Origin: Candidatus Woesearchaeota archaeon | Lineage (GTDB): Archaea; Nanobdellota; Nanobdellia; SCGC-AAA011-G17; GW2011-AR18 | NCBI GenBank assembly: GCA_018302545.1 | Contig: JAGVZM010000019.1 | Location: forward strand, 1-13,314 | Direction of reading: 5' to 3' | Length of the DNA stretch: 13,314 nucleotides | In this document: positions 1 through 7,119 of the stretch, piece by piece | How the letters are laid out: each line of letters starts with the position of its first letter | How positions within the stretch are numbered: the stretch's first letter is position 1 | Made by a program: the position numbers and the translations under genes | Notes under the pieces: model-generated | Seen by the model: only the letters and a program-made list of their open reading frames with translations | Databases searched by the model: none | What the model was told of the DNA's origin: nothing

Positions 1-1
1 A

Positions 2-514
2 GTTAGGAGGGCATTAAAAGCGGGTATAAAAAAAGTAAATTTGAAAAGATATTTTAAAGATATTTTACTTAAGTCGAGAGAAAAGGTATTTATTAAATTA
101 AATGAAAATGAGATTAATGCAATAAATGATATATTTGAAAAATACTTAGGAGATCCAAAAAATTTTGAATATACTCCTTCATTAGTACATGCTGATTTAA
201 GTAAAGATCATATCTTTTACGATTATAAAATTAAAAAAATAATTGGTGTTATAGATTTTGGAGATATTCAAATTAATGACCCACTTTGGGATTTAATTTA
301 TTTAGGTAGTTTTGGTAAAGTTTTTGAGGACTATATAAATTCTAGGAAAGATTCTTATTTCATTAAAAAGAAAATTAATTTATTTCTTTTAACAAGAGCA
401 TTATATGGTCTCAAAAAGGCAATTAAAAAGAAAGATGAGAAAAAATTTGATGAGGAAAGAAAAGAGATTAATAAAAGAATAAAACAATTTTATTCAAACA
501 TATTTCATTATTAA
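2..514 (+). CDS. C-terminal part of an APH/choline-kinase-fold phosphotransferase; the 5' end lies beyond the left window edge
   Basis: The reading frame is open from base 2, with no stop before the TTG at 41 that the ORF track used as a start, so the gene is cut by the window. It contains a catalytic-loop-like HADLSKDH and a metal-binding-like VIDFGD followed by DPLWDL. This is the typical order in aminoglycoside/choline kinase-like phosphotransferases. Confidence 0.6.
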   Translation, partial: VRRALKAGIKKVNLKRYFKDILLKSREKVFIKLNENEINAINDIFEKYLGDPKNFEYTPSLVHADLSKDHIFYDYKIKKIIGVIDFGDIQINDPLWDLIYLGSFGKVFEDYINSRKDSYFIKKKINLFLLTRALYGLKKAIKKKDEKKFDEERKEINKRIKQFYSNIFHY

Positions 515-620
515 AAAAATAAGATAAATATTATTTTTAAATTATATTATTCTAATATCTATTAATTATAGTTAACTTATTTTTTACTTATCATAAATTT
601 ATGAATTCTTATTAGAAATA

Positions 621-628
621 TTTATATT
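621..628 (+). promoter_or_regulatory. TATA-like box (TTTATATT) for the VIT-family gene
   Basis: An AT octamer close to the archaeal consensus TTTAWATA lies 23 nt upstream of the ATG at 652. No Shine-Dalgarno sequence lies between them, consistent with a leaderless mRNA. Confidence 0.4.
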
Positions 629-651
629 AGTTGCTGATTATTTAATTTAAC

Positions 652-1212
652 ATGCATAACCATAAAAATAAGGTGAATTTTAGAGAATATATTCTTGGTG
701 GCCAAGATGGCTTGGTAAATGTTCTAGGAATTGTTTTAGGTGTCGCTAGTGCTACTTTAAGTACAAATATGGTTTTAATATCTGGAATTGTTGCTACTGT
801 TGCTGAGAGTATTAGTATGTCTGCTGTGGCTTATACCTCCTCTAAAGCTGCTAAAGAATATGAAAATAGTTTAATTAAAGAGGATAAAAAAGGTAGTTTA
901 AAATTTAGGGAACATAAAGCTTTACTAAAAGAGTTTAATAATCCATTAAAAAGTGCAGGAGTTGTTGGATTATCAACTTTAATAGGAAGTATTATCCCAC
1001 TAGTTCCTTTTTTCTTTTTTAGTGTCAAAATTGGAATATTATTTAGTTTAGTATTTTCTGCTACCGTATTATTCTTAGTAGGAGCTTTGAAAGCTAAATT
1101 AAGTATAGGAAACTGGAAAAAAAGCGGTTTTGAACTTATGGTAATTGGACTTTTAGCGGCAATTACTGGTTATTTAGTGGGATTATTATTGAAATTTTTT
1201 GGATTAAGTTAA
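652..1212 (+). CDS. VIT1/CCC1-family (vacuolar iron transporter-like) membrane protein
   Basis: The N-terminal motif LGGQDGLVNVLGIVLGVA and the SMSAVAYTS segment match the VIT/CCC1 signature (GxxDG...G, SMaxGeY-like). A hydrophilic loop follows, then C-terminal hydrophobic helices. The 186 aa length fits the short archaeal forms. Confidence 0.75.
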   Translation: MHNHKNKVNFREYILGGQDGLVNVLGIVLGVASATLSTNMVLISGIVATVAESISMSAVAYTSSKAAKEYENSLIKEDKKGSLKFREHKALLKEFNNPLKSAGVVGLSTLIGSIIPLVPFFFFSVKIGILFSLVFSATVLFLVGALKAKLSIGNWKKSGFELMVIGLLAAITGYLVGLLLKFFGLS

Positions 1213-1225
1213 TTAATTTCTTGCC

Positions 1226-1621
1226 TTATCTTAATATTGCCTTATTTAATTCTTCAATTTTTGAGAAATCTTCATCTTTAGTTATTAAATAAAAATTATT
1301 TTCTATAACTAAAGTTGCTATTAATAGATCTGCTAATGGGATTACAATCCCTTTTTTGTCATATTTATATTTTAGATTAGCTAAAATTTCTGCAGTTTTT
1401 TCACTTGTTTGAATTTTTGTGAACTTATTTAAAAATGATATTGTTTGTTCTTGCTTTTTTTGGACTTGTTCTTTTATTCCAACCATTAATTCAAACTCGC
1501 TGATAAAAGTTATTCTTGCGGGAGAAGGATATCTTTTTGATAATTCCTCTAATTTTTCTATAGTTTCTTCTCTTTTCCTTTCAATATCGATCAATATTGA
1601 AGTATCTAATACTAAGATCAT
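1226..1621 (-). CDS. vapC: PIN-domain ribonuclease toxin VapC
   Basis: The start MILVLDTSILID carries the first PIN acidic residue. The other conserved acidic positions are in SEFELMVG, LADLLIA and ITKDEDF. Size is 131 aa. Its ATG overlaps the upstream antitoxin stop in an ATGA junction (1618..1621). Confidence 0.85.
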   Translation of the reverse strand: MILVLDTSILIDIERKREETIEKLEELSKRYPSPARITFISEFELMVGIKEQVQKKQEQTISFLNKFTKIQTSEKTAEILANLKYKYDKKGIVIPLADLLIATLVIENNFYLITKDEDFSKIEELNKAILR

Positions 1622-1863
1622 GATCTAAAACCATACTCCTTTCTTTTTTTTCTTATTAAGTCTTCAATTTTTTCTGCTTCTTCTTCTGTAAAAATTCTTT
1701 TACCTTTAAGTATATCTTTCCAGAATATGTTTTTTCCTTTTTCATATTCTTTTAACATATTTTTTAGTAGAGTTGCTAGTTTTACATTATCTTTGGCTGC
1801 TAAACTTTTAAAGTTTGTCCAAGTCTCATCATCTATTCCTTTAATTGTTTTAACTTCTGGCAT
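1618..1863 (-). CDS. vapB: VapB-type antitoxin with a probable ribbon-helix-helix (CopG/Arc-like) DNA-binding N-terminus
   Basis: The 81 aa protein lies directly upstream of the PIN gene with a 4-nt overlap. The N-terminus shows a strand-helix-helix pattern (KTIKGIDDETWTNFKSLAAKDNVKLATLLKNMLKEY), and the C-terminus is a charged tail typical of toxin-binding regions. Confidence 0.7.
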   Translation of the reverse strand: MPEVKTIKGIDDETWTNFKSLAAKDNVKLATLLKNMLKEYEKGKNIFWKDILKGKRIFTEEEAEKIEDLIRKKRKEYGFRS

Positions 1864-1866
1864 AAA

Positions 1867-1900
1867 GTATTTAAGTATTACTTGTATTTAAGTATTACTT
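1867..1900 (-). promoter_or_regulatory. Perfect tandem 17-bp direct repeat (GTATTTAAGTATTACTT x2); putative vapBC promoter and operator
   Basis: Positions 1867-1883 and 1884-1900 are identical. Each unit contains the inverted repeat AGTA-T-TACT and, on the minus strand, CTTAAATA, which matches the archaeal TATA consensus YTTAWATA. The distal TATA copy (1885-1892) is 21 nt from the vapB ATG at 1863. Confidence 0.6.
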
Positions 1901-1965
1901 TTTGGACTTAGTTAAAATTAAATAAATTTTTAATTAAATCATAAAATTATTATTGTATTTATCCT

Positions 1966-3279
1966 CTATAATCCTAAGTTTTTCATAATCTTATCTTTGT
2001 TAAATTCTTCTAAGTCATCTAGTTCTTGTCCCACTCCCAGATACATAATTGGACGGTGAGTCACATGAGAAACAGAGACAATTGTTCCTCCTTTTTCATC
2101 TACATCTGCTTTTGTTAGTATTATTCCATCTATTCCTATTTCATTTTTGAATTGTTGCGCTTGTTCTGTACAATCATTGCCTGTAATTGCTTCTCCAATA
2201 AATATTTTTAGATCTGGTTTTGCAACTCTAATTATTTTTTGCATTTCTCCCATAAGGTTTTTATTAGAATGTAATCTTCCAGCTGTATCTATTAAAACAA
2301 CATCAATATTGTGTGCCTTTGCATATTCGATAGCATCAAAAGAAACTGCTGCTGGATCACTTCCATAATCATGAGCTATCACTTTTACATTTAATTTAGA
2401 ACCCCACTCTTTTAATTGTTGGATAGCTGCTGCTCTAAATGTGTCTGAAGCTGCTAAGACTACTGATTTTTTATTTTTTTGTAGTAGATGTGCTAATCTA
2501 GCTATTGAAGTAGTTTTTCCAGAACCGTTAATTCCTATAAAACATATAATGTAAGGCTTCTTCTCTTCTATGTTTTTTAGTAAATCTATTTTTGGAGTTA
2601 AGAATAAGTCTTCAATACTCTCTTTTAGGGAAGATATAATTGTGGCTTCTACTTCCCCTCTTTTGATTGGTTTTTCTAATATATCTTTTTTTAAATCTTC
2701 TTTTATTTTATCTACAACTTCAAAAGCTACATTATTTTCTAATAAGGCTACTTCTAAGTCTTCAAATAGTTCATTGAATTTGTCTTCTGATATTTTTGTT
2801 GTGGTTACTTTTTCTTTTATTATTCCAAAGAAGCCTTTTTTTTCTTTTGGTTCTTCTAGAATTTCTTCTTTGAATTCTTCTCTTGTATCTTCTTCTATTT
2901 TTTTAATTTTTGTATCATCTTGAACTTCTTCTAATTTTTCTTCAATTTCTTCTTTTTTAGAAATTTTTTCTTTTAATTTTGAAAAAAATCCTTTTTTTGG
3001 TTTTTCTTCTTTTTTAGAAATTGTTTCCTCTTCAATTGTTTCTTCTTGATGTGATTCTTCAATAACTTCTTCCTTTTGAGGTTTTTTTATTTTTTCTTTT
3101 TTTTGTTTAGGCTTTTTCTCTTGTTTTTTTGTTTCTTTTTTAGGCTCTCTTTTTTGGGGTTTTTTCTTCTCCTCTTTTTGAGATTCTTCTATTATATCTT
3201 CTACTTTAGGTTCTTCTTCTACTTTTTTAGAGATCTTAGATATTGTCTCTTTTATCTTATCTTTTAAAAACTTGAACAT
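1966..3279 (-). CDS. ftsY: Signal recognition particle receptor FtsY with a long Lys/Glu-rich N-terminal A-domain
   Basis: The C-terminal NG domain carries the SRP-GTPase motifs GINGSGKTT (G1), DTFRAAAIQQL, DTAGR (G3) and TKADVDEKGG (G4). The first ~160 aa are low-complexity K/E/P-rich sequence. Confidence 0.9.
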   Translation of the reverse strand: MFKFLKDKIKETISKISKKVEEEPKVEDIIEESQKEEKKKPQKREPKKETKKQEKKPKQKKEKIKKPQKEEVIEESHQEETIEEETISKKEEKPKKGFFSKLKEKISKKEEIEEKLEEVQDDTKIKKIEEDTREEFKEEILEEPKEKKGFFGIIKEKVTTTKISEDKFNELFEDLEVALLENNVAFEVVDKIKEDLKKDILEKPIKRGEVEATIISSLKESIEDLFLTPKIDLLKNIEEKKPYIICFIGINGSGKTTSIARLAHLLQKNKKSVVLAASDTFRAAAIQQLKEWGSKLNVKVIAHDYGSDPAAVSFDAIEYAKAHNIDVVLIDTAGRLHSNKNLMGEMQKIIRVAKPDLKIFIGEAITGNDCTEQAQQFKNEIGIDGIILTKADVDEKGGTIVSVSHVTHRPIMYLGVGQELDDLEEFNKDKIMKNLGL

Positions 3280-3298
3280 GTAACCTTTATTGGTAGTA

Positions 3299-3308
3299 AA
3301 TTTAAAAG
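3299..3308 (-). promoter_or_regulatory. TATA-like AT block for ftsY
   Basis: The minus strand reads CTTTTAAATT, which contains TTTAAATT. It lies 19-21 nt upstream of the ftsY ATG at 3279. This is less precise than the other promoters in the window. Confidence 0.3.
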
Positions 3309-3328
3309 GCTTTTTATTTGTAGATAGT

Positions 3329-3336
3329 TTTATATT
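3329..3336 (+). promoter_or_regulatory. TATA-like box (TTTATATT) for the FHA gene
   Basis: It lies 21 nt upstream of the ATG at 3358, in the divergent intergenic region shared with ftsY. Confidence 0.45.
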
Positions 3337-3357
3337 TTAGATAAATTCTAAGGATTT

Positions 3358-3777
3358 ATGGGTTGGAAAGATCATGTCCCTTCTTGGCTTGGTGGAAGTT
3401 CAGTTAAAAATTATACTAAGGTTAAAGTTTTTGCAAATCAAAATGGACAAGTTTTGAAATCTTGGGAATTTGAATTAAGACAAAATATAGGGAGAGATGG
3501 AGATATTGTTGGCCTAATAAGTCTTGGGAGAAGTTCTGACAATAGCTTAGTAGTACAAGGCGATGGGATATCTAGAAGACATGCAGATATTTTAGTTGTG
3601 CAAAATTCAAATAATACTATCACTTTAAATTGGAAAGATCAGAGTTCAAATGGATCTGTAATTGATGGAAATCAAGTAAAGAAAGGTCAAACATATGGAT
3701 TATGTCCAAAGAATGAGATTATTATAGGAGTTAATAAAACATTTATTATTTTTAATTTTAGTTATAAATTAGAATAG
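3358..3777 (+). CDS. Small stand-alone FHA (forkhead-associated, phosphothreonine-binding) domain protein
   Basis: The canonical FHA signature residues occur in order: GR (SLGRSSDN), SRRH (GISRRHADI), NG (SSNGSVIDGNQV), then IIIG...FIF. The protein is 139 aa with no other domain. Confidence 0.75.
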   Translation: MGWKDHVPSWLGGSSVKNYTKVKVFANQNGQVLKSWEFELRQNIGRDGDIVGLISLGRSSDNSLVVQGDGISRRHADILVVQNSNNTITLNWKDQSSNGSVIDGNQVKKGQTYGLCPKNEIIIGVNKTFIIFNFSYKLE

Positions 3778-4729
3778 ACAACTTCTTAATTAGGATTGTT
3801 GCATAAGAGCCTTTAGGAAGATAAAATTCTAATTCCAACTTAAATTTATTTATATCCTCTTCCGAATATTTTGATCTTATCTCTTTTACATTGACTAATG
3901 CATCCCTTTCCTTAGATTCTGAAACTAAATCTGGAAATTGCCTAGTAATAAAATCAGATCTAGTAATTTTTTCTTTTTCTAAAATCCTATCTAATTCTCT
4001 TTGTTTTTTTGTATCAAAGCTGACTAATGGAAGCTTAAAATTTTTTAATTTAATATTAGAAAAGTATAACTCTCCTATTGAGTAATCTTTTTTTGTAAAC
4101 TCTTTTTTTGATATTATACTTTTTAATGTTTCATTCCATAAATAGGATTGATAAGCAGAGATGTAAAATTTTAATAATTTTTTTGGTTGTTTCTGAATTT
4201 CATTAATGTAATCTTTATTAACATCTAGATCTAATAATTTGCAGGTTTCTTTAAAGTCTTTTTTTATTATTGATTTTCCTATTAAATGGGTATTATTTAA
4301 TTTTCCAAATCTTTGATCATCAAAATAATTTTCTATTTGAATATCTTTAGGAATATCAACTTTTTTGGTTAAATTTCTTACAATTATTTTGAAATTATTT
4401 CCTTTTAAATCTCCTAGATTGATTCTTTCTTTTGAATAACCTAAGAACTCTAGAGAAAAATCTTGGATTTTTATTTTATTTATTTTTTCTTTTGAAACTT
4501 TGTAAAATGAAATATATTGTGTAGTTATAGCTTGTTTATCTTTAATTCCTGCATAACCTATGAACTTAGGTTTTAGGTTTAATATTTTTGAAATCTTTTG
4601 GATTAGTTTAAAATGGTCCCATCCCTTCTTTGTTAATCTTGCTATAGAATAATCTTGTCTTTCTTTTTCTAGATTCAAGTTTAAAATTTCTTCTACAATA
4701 AAATCTTCAGGAAGGGTTTTTAGTTGCAT
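3758..4729 (-). CDS. truD: tRNA pseudouridine synthase TruD/Pus7 family
   Basis: The N-terminal LPEDFIVEEI, the catalytic-Asp motif GYAGIKDKQAITTQ and the C-terminal GSYATILIKKL are the characteristic TruD motifs. Confidence 0.8.
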   Translation of the reverse strand: MQLKTLPEDFIVEEILNLNLEKERQDYSIARLTKKGWDHFKLIQKISKILNLKPKFIGYAGIKDKQAITTQYISFYKVSKEKINKIKIQDFSLEFLGYSKERINLGDLKGNNFKIIVRNLTKKVDIPKDIQIENYFDDQRFGKLNNTHLIGKSIIKKDFKETCKLLDLDVNKDYINEIQKQPKKLLKFYISAYQSYLWNETLKSIISKKEFTKKDYSIGELYFSNIKLKNFKLPLVSFDTKKQRELDRILEKEKITRSDFITRQFPDLVSESKERDALVNVKEIRSKYSEEDINKFKLELEFYLPKGSYATILIKKLSILIYN

Positions 4730-4750
4730 TTAATTAAGACCATACAGGTA

Positions 4751-4758
4751 AATATAAA
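4751..4758 (-). promoter_or_regulatory. TATA-like box (minus strand TTTATATT) for truD
   Basis: It lies 21 nt upstream of the truD ATG at 4729. No SD sequence lies between them. Confidence 0.45.
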
Positions 4759-4811
4759 TTTTTACTTTAATCTATAGTTATTTTCCTAAATTATAACTGG
4801 ATTTGAAAAAG

Positions 4812-4819
4812 CTTAAATA
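4812..4819 (+). promoter_or_regulatory. TATA-like box (CTTAAATA) upstream of the ApgM-like gene
   Basis: It lies 21 nt upstream of the ATG at 4841. This gene also has a strong SD-like GGGAGG (4829-4834) 6 nt before the ATG. That element would only be transcribed from a more distal promoter, so the initiation mode is ambiguous here. Confidence 0.35.
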
Positions 4820-4840
4820 TCTAATGAAGGGAGGTTTTTT

Positions 4841-6088
4841 ATGGTTAATGTTTTTGTTGTTCTTAGTGGTGTTGGAGATAGGGGTTGTAAGGTTTTTAAT
4901 GGTGCTACTCCTTTAGAAGTTGCAAAAACAAAGAATTTAGATTATTTTGCTTCTAATGGAAATGGGGGATATTTCTATCCTATAAATGAGCATGTAGCTC
5001 CTGAAAATGATGAGGCAATTATGGCTTTACTGGGAACTGATCCTCAAACTCAGCATTATGGAAGAGGTGCTGTTGAAGCTTATGCAGTAGGCATTGGTTT
5101 CAAGAAAGGTTATCTTGCTTTAAGGACTAACTTTTCTACAGTAGAAAAGGAGATTGTATTGGATAAAAGAACTGGGAGAAGTTTGACTTCCAAGGAAGCT
5201 GAAGAATTTGCTAGAAGTCTTAATGAAAATATTAAATTAGAATTTCCATTTGTATTTAAACCGACATTTAGCCATAGAGGAATATTAATGTTTAAAGGAA
5301 ATTTTTCAGATAATATAACTAATGTTGATTTATCTTACAAAAAAATTGGTAAATTTGGAGTTTCTGGATATGGAGACAAAAATAAATTAAGTTCTGCTAA
5401 ACCCTTAGATCCTGAAAGCAATACAAGGAAGAGTGCTAAGATTGTTAATGATTTTGTAAAACAGTCTCAAGATATTTTAAGTAAACACCCTTTAAATGAA
5501 AAGAGGAAGAAAAATTATTTACTAGCTGCGAATGTTGTTGTTCCTAGAGATGCGGGCGTTTCTCTACCTGTCTTAAATAAGAATAAAGGATGGGGAGCAA
5601 TAGTTAGTTCTCCATTAGAAAAGGGTTTTGCTGCCTTATCTGGTATGAAAATTATAGATTATAATTATCCTGAGATTAAAAATCATGACATCTATGATAC
5701 CTTATATAAAGGAATCAAAGTTACAGTAAAACATGCTATCAAACAAATACAAGAAGGAGAGTTTAAGAATTATTTTATACACTTTAGGGAATTTGATATA
5801 GCTGGAAAGGATAATAGGCCTAAAGAGAAGGTTAAAATGATTGAGTTTTTAGATGGAACTTTATTTAAGTTTTTAAGAAAGAATAATAGGGATTTAAATT
5901 TAGTAATTACATCTGACCATAGTACCCCTTGTGATTTAAGGGCTAATGGTGTTGATCCTGTCCCTTTGATACATTTTGGTAAGGGTAAACAAGATGGGAT
6001 TCAGAGATTTACAGAACATGAGTGTTTTGAAGGACATTATAAAAAGATGTATGGTAAAGAGGTTATGCACAAAGTAGGTTTCTTATAA
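4841..6088 (+). CDS. apgM: Archaeal-type cofactor-independent phosphoglycerate mutase (ApgM) homolog, possibly catalytically degenerate
   Basis: Length and colinear motifs match ApgM and the alkaline-phosphatase superfamily: TPLEVAKTKNLDY, YGRGAVEA, LRTNFSTV, DKRTGRS, HPLNEKRKK, ANVVVPRDAG, ITSDHSTP and DPVPLI. Several expected metal or nucleophile positions are substituted (see findings). Confidence 0.7.
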   Translation: MVNVFVVLSGVGDRGCKVFNGATPLEVAKTKNLDYFASNGNGGYFYPINEHVAPENDEAIMALLGTDPQTQHYGRGAVEAYAVGIGFKKGYLALRTNFSTVEKEIVLDKRTGRSLTSKEAEEFARSLNENIKLEFPFVFKPTFSHRGILMFKGNFSDNITNVDLSYKKIGKFGVSGYGDKNKLSSAKPLDPESNTRKSAKIVNDFVKQSQDILSKHPLNEKRKKNYLLAANVVVPRDAGVSLPVLNKNKGWGAIVSSPLEKGFAALSGMKIIDYNYPEIKNHDIYDTLYKGIKVTVKHAIKQIQEGEFKNYFIHFREFDIAGKDNRPKEKVKMIEFLDGTLFKFLRKNNRDLNLVITSDHSTPCDLRANGVDPVPLIHFGKGKQDGIQRFTEHECFEGHYKKMYGKEVMHKVGFL

Positions 6089-6112
6089 TTTATTTTTGAG
6101 ATAAGATAAATA

Positions 6113-6120
6113 TTTAAATT
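6113..6120 (+). promoter_or_regulatory. TATA-like box (TTTAAATT) for the GINS gene
   Basis: It lies 22 nt upstream of the ATG at 6143, with no SD sequence. Confidence 0.45.
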
Positions 6121-6142
6121 AATTTTAATTTTTCAATTTTAT

Positions 6143-6769
6143 ATGGAAAAAGAAGGTATAATAACTTATGAAAAATTATATGAGTTTTTGAGGAATGAAA
6201 AGTATAAAAAAGAATTACAAAAGATAGATTCTGATTTTTTTGAGAGAGTTTTAAAATATTTAGATGAAAAAAAGTCTATTTTAGAAAGTCAGGAAAAAAA
6301 GGATAGTGTTTTTGCTTCTTCTAGTGTTGCGCAGACAAAAAGACAATTAGAGAATACAAGAATGATCTTAAAAGAATTATATGAAAGAAGAGAAGCTAAG
6401 ATTATACAAATGGCTTTATTTAACTCTAGAACTGGTGAAAGAATGCAAGATGTTGATTTTTTATTAGAAGAAGAGGTGATGGTCTATAATTCTTTGGTTA
6501 ATCTGTTTAATTCTTATAGAAGGGGTATTGTTGAAAATATTTTAAATGGAAATCTCCCTGATATCAGGAATATAAATGGAGTAAATAATCTAGTTGTTGA
6601 GGAAAAAGATGAAAATAGCAGTAAATTGGTTAGATTTTTACATCCAGTTCCTAAATTTGTAGGAGAGGATATGCAGACTTATGGGCCTTTTGAAACAGAA
6701 GATATAGCTAATCTACCTAAGAAAGTTAGTGAGATACTTATTAGGAATAATAGAGCAGAAGAGGCTTAG
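6143..6769 (+). CDS. gins51: GINS replication complex subunit, Gins51/Gins15 (Sld5/Psf1-like, A-B domain order)
   Basis: The helical N-terminal region has the GINS-like pattern ITYEKLYEFLRNEK...LQKIDSDFFERVLKYL and ERREAKIIQMAL. The C-terminal small beta domain is VRFLHPVPKFVGEDMQTYGPFETEDIANLPKKVSEILIRNNRAE, which resembles archaeal Gins51 B-domains. Confidence 0.65.
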   Translation: MEKEGIITYEKLYEFLRNEKYKKELQKIDSDFFERVLKYLDEKKSILESQEKKDSVFASSSVAQTKRQLENTRMILKELYERREAKIIQMALFNSRTGERMQDVDFLLEEEVMVYNSLVNLFNSYRRGIVENILNGNLPDIRNINGVNNLVVEEKDENSSKLVRFLHPVPKFVGEDMQTYGPFETEDIANLPKKVSEILIRNNRAEEA

Positions 6770-6774
6770 GAAGA

Positions 6775-6782
6775 TTTATAAA
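6775..6782 (+). promoter_or_regulatory. TATA-like box (TTTATAAA) for the L44e-S27e unit
   Basis: It lies 22 nt upstream of the ATG at 6805. This supports 6805 rather than 6820 as the L44e start. Confidence 0.45.
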
Positions 6783-6804
6783 GCGGCCAATTTTTCAGAA
6801 GTTT

Positions 6805-7119
6805 ATGAAATTGCCAAAAATGACTAAGAGATATTGTCCAAAGTGCAAGAAGTCTACAGAACAAAAAATAGACCTATATAAATCATCAGGAAAGAGGAGT
6901 TCATTATCTTTTGGTTCAATAATTAGAGCTAAAAAAAGAGGTTTAGGCACTGGAACTGGCAATTTGGGTAAATGGGGCAGTAAGCCAGCAATCTCTAAAT
7001 GGAAGAGAACGGGTGCTAAACAAAGCAAAAAATCTACTTTAAAATATACTTGTAAAGAATGTAAGAAAAGCACCCAACAAAGTGGGGGATTCAGAGCAAA
7101 AAAATTTGAGTTTAAGTAA
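6805..7119 (+). CDS. rpl44e: Ribosomal protein L44e (eL42)
   Basis: It has the zinc-ribbon cysteine pairs CPKCKK and CKECKK, a GKRSSLSFG-type segment and the C-terminal GGFRAKKFEF, all characteristic of L44e. Confidence 0.9.
   Translation: MKLPKMTKRYCPKCKKSTEQKIDLYKSSGKRSSLSFGSIIRAKKRGLGTGTGNLGKWGSKPAISKWKRTGAKQSKKSTLKYTCKECKKSTQQSGGFRAKKFEFK

Noticed and set aside
515-651. A 137-nt AT-rich intergenic region, checked for a tRNA, a C/D-box sRNA or a small ORF. An ATGAAT near 601 and a CTGA near 634 superficially resemble C and D boxes.
   Set aside because: There is no RTGATGA C box, the spacing of about 35 nt is too short for a C/D sRNA, there are no GC-rich stems for a tRNA, and the only ATG opens a 4-codon ORF. 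It is best explained as promoter and spacer for the VIT gene.
2570-3267. A long T/C-rich, low-complexity tract on the plus strand with two plus-strand ORFs (2570..2923 and 3076..3267, the latter nearly all Phe and Leu). It looked like a simple-sequence repeat or a separate gene.
   Set aside because: It is the antisense image of the K/E-rich A-domain and N domain of ftsY, whose frame continues uninterrupted into an unmistakable SRP-GTPase domain. The plus-strand ORFs are shadow ORFs produced by the purine-rich codons on the other strand.
4824-4840. An ATG at 4824 just upstream of the GGGAGG element, considered as an alternative start for the ApgM-like gene.
   Set aside because: It is out of frame with the long ORF, because the 17-nt offset is not a multiple of three. 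It reads through in a different frame into a stop after about 30 codons.
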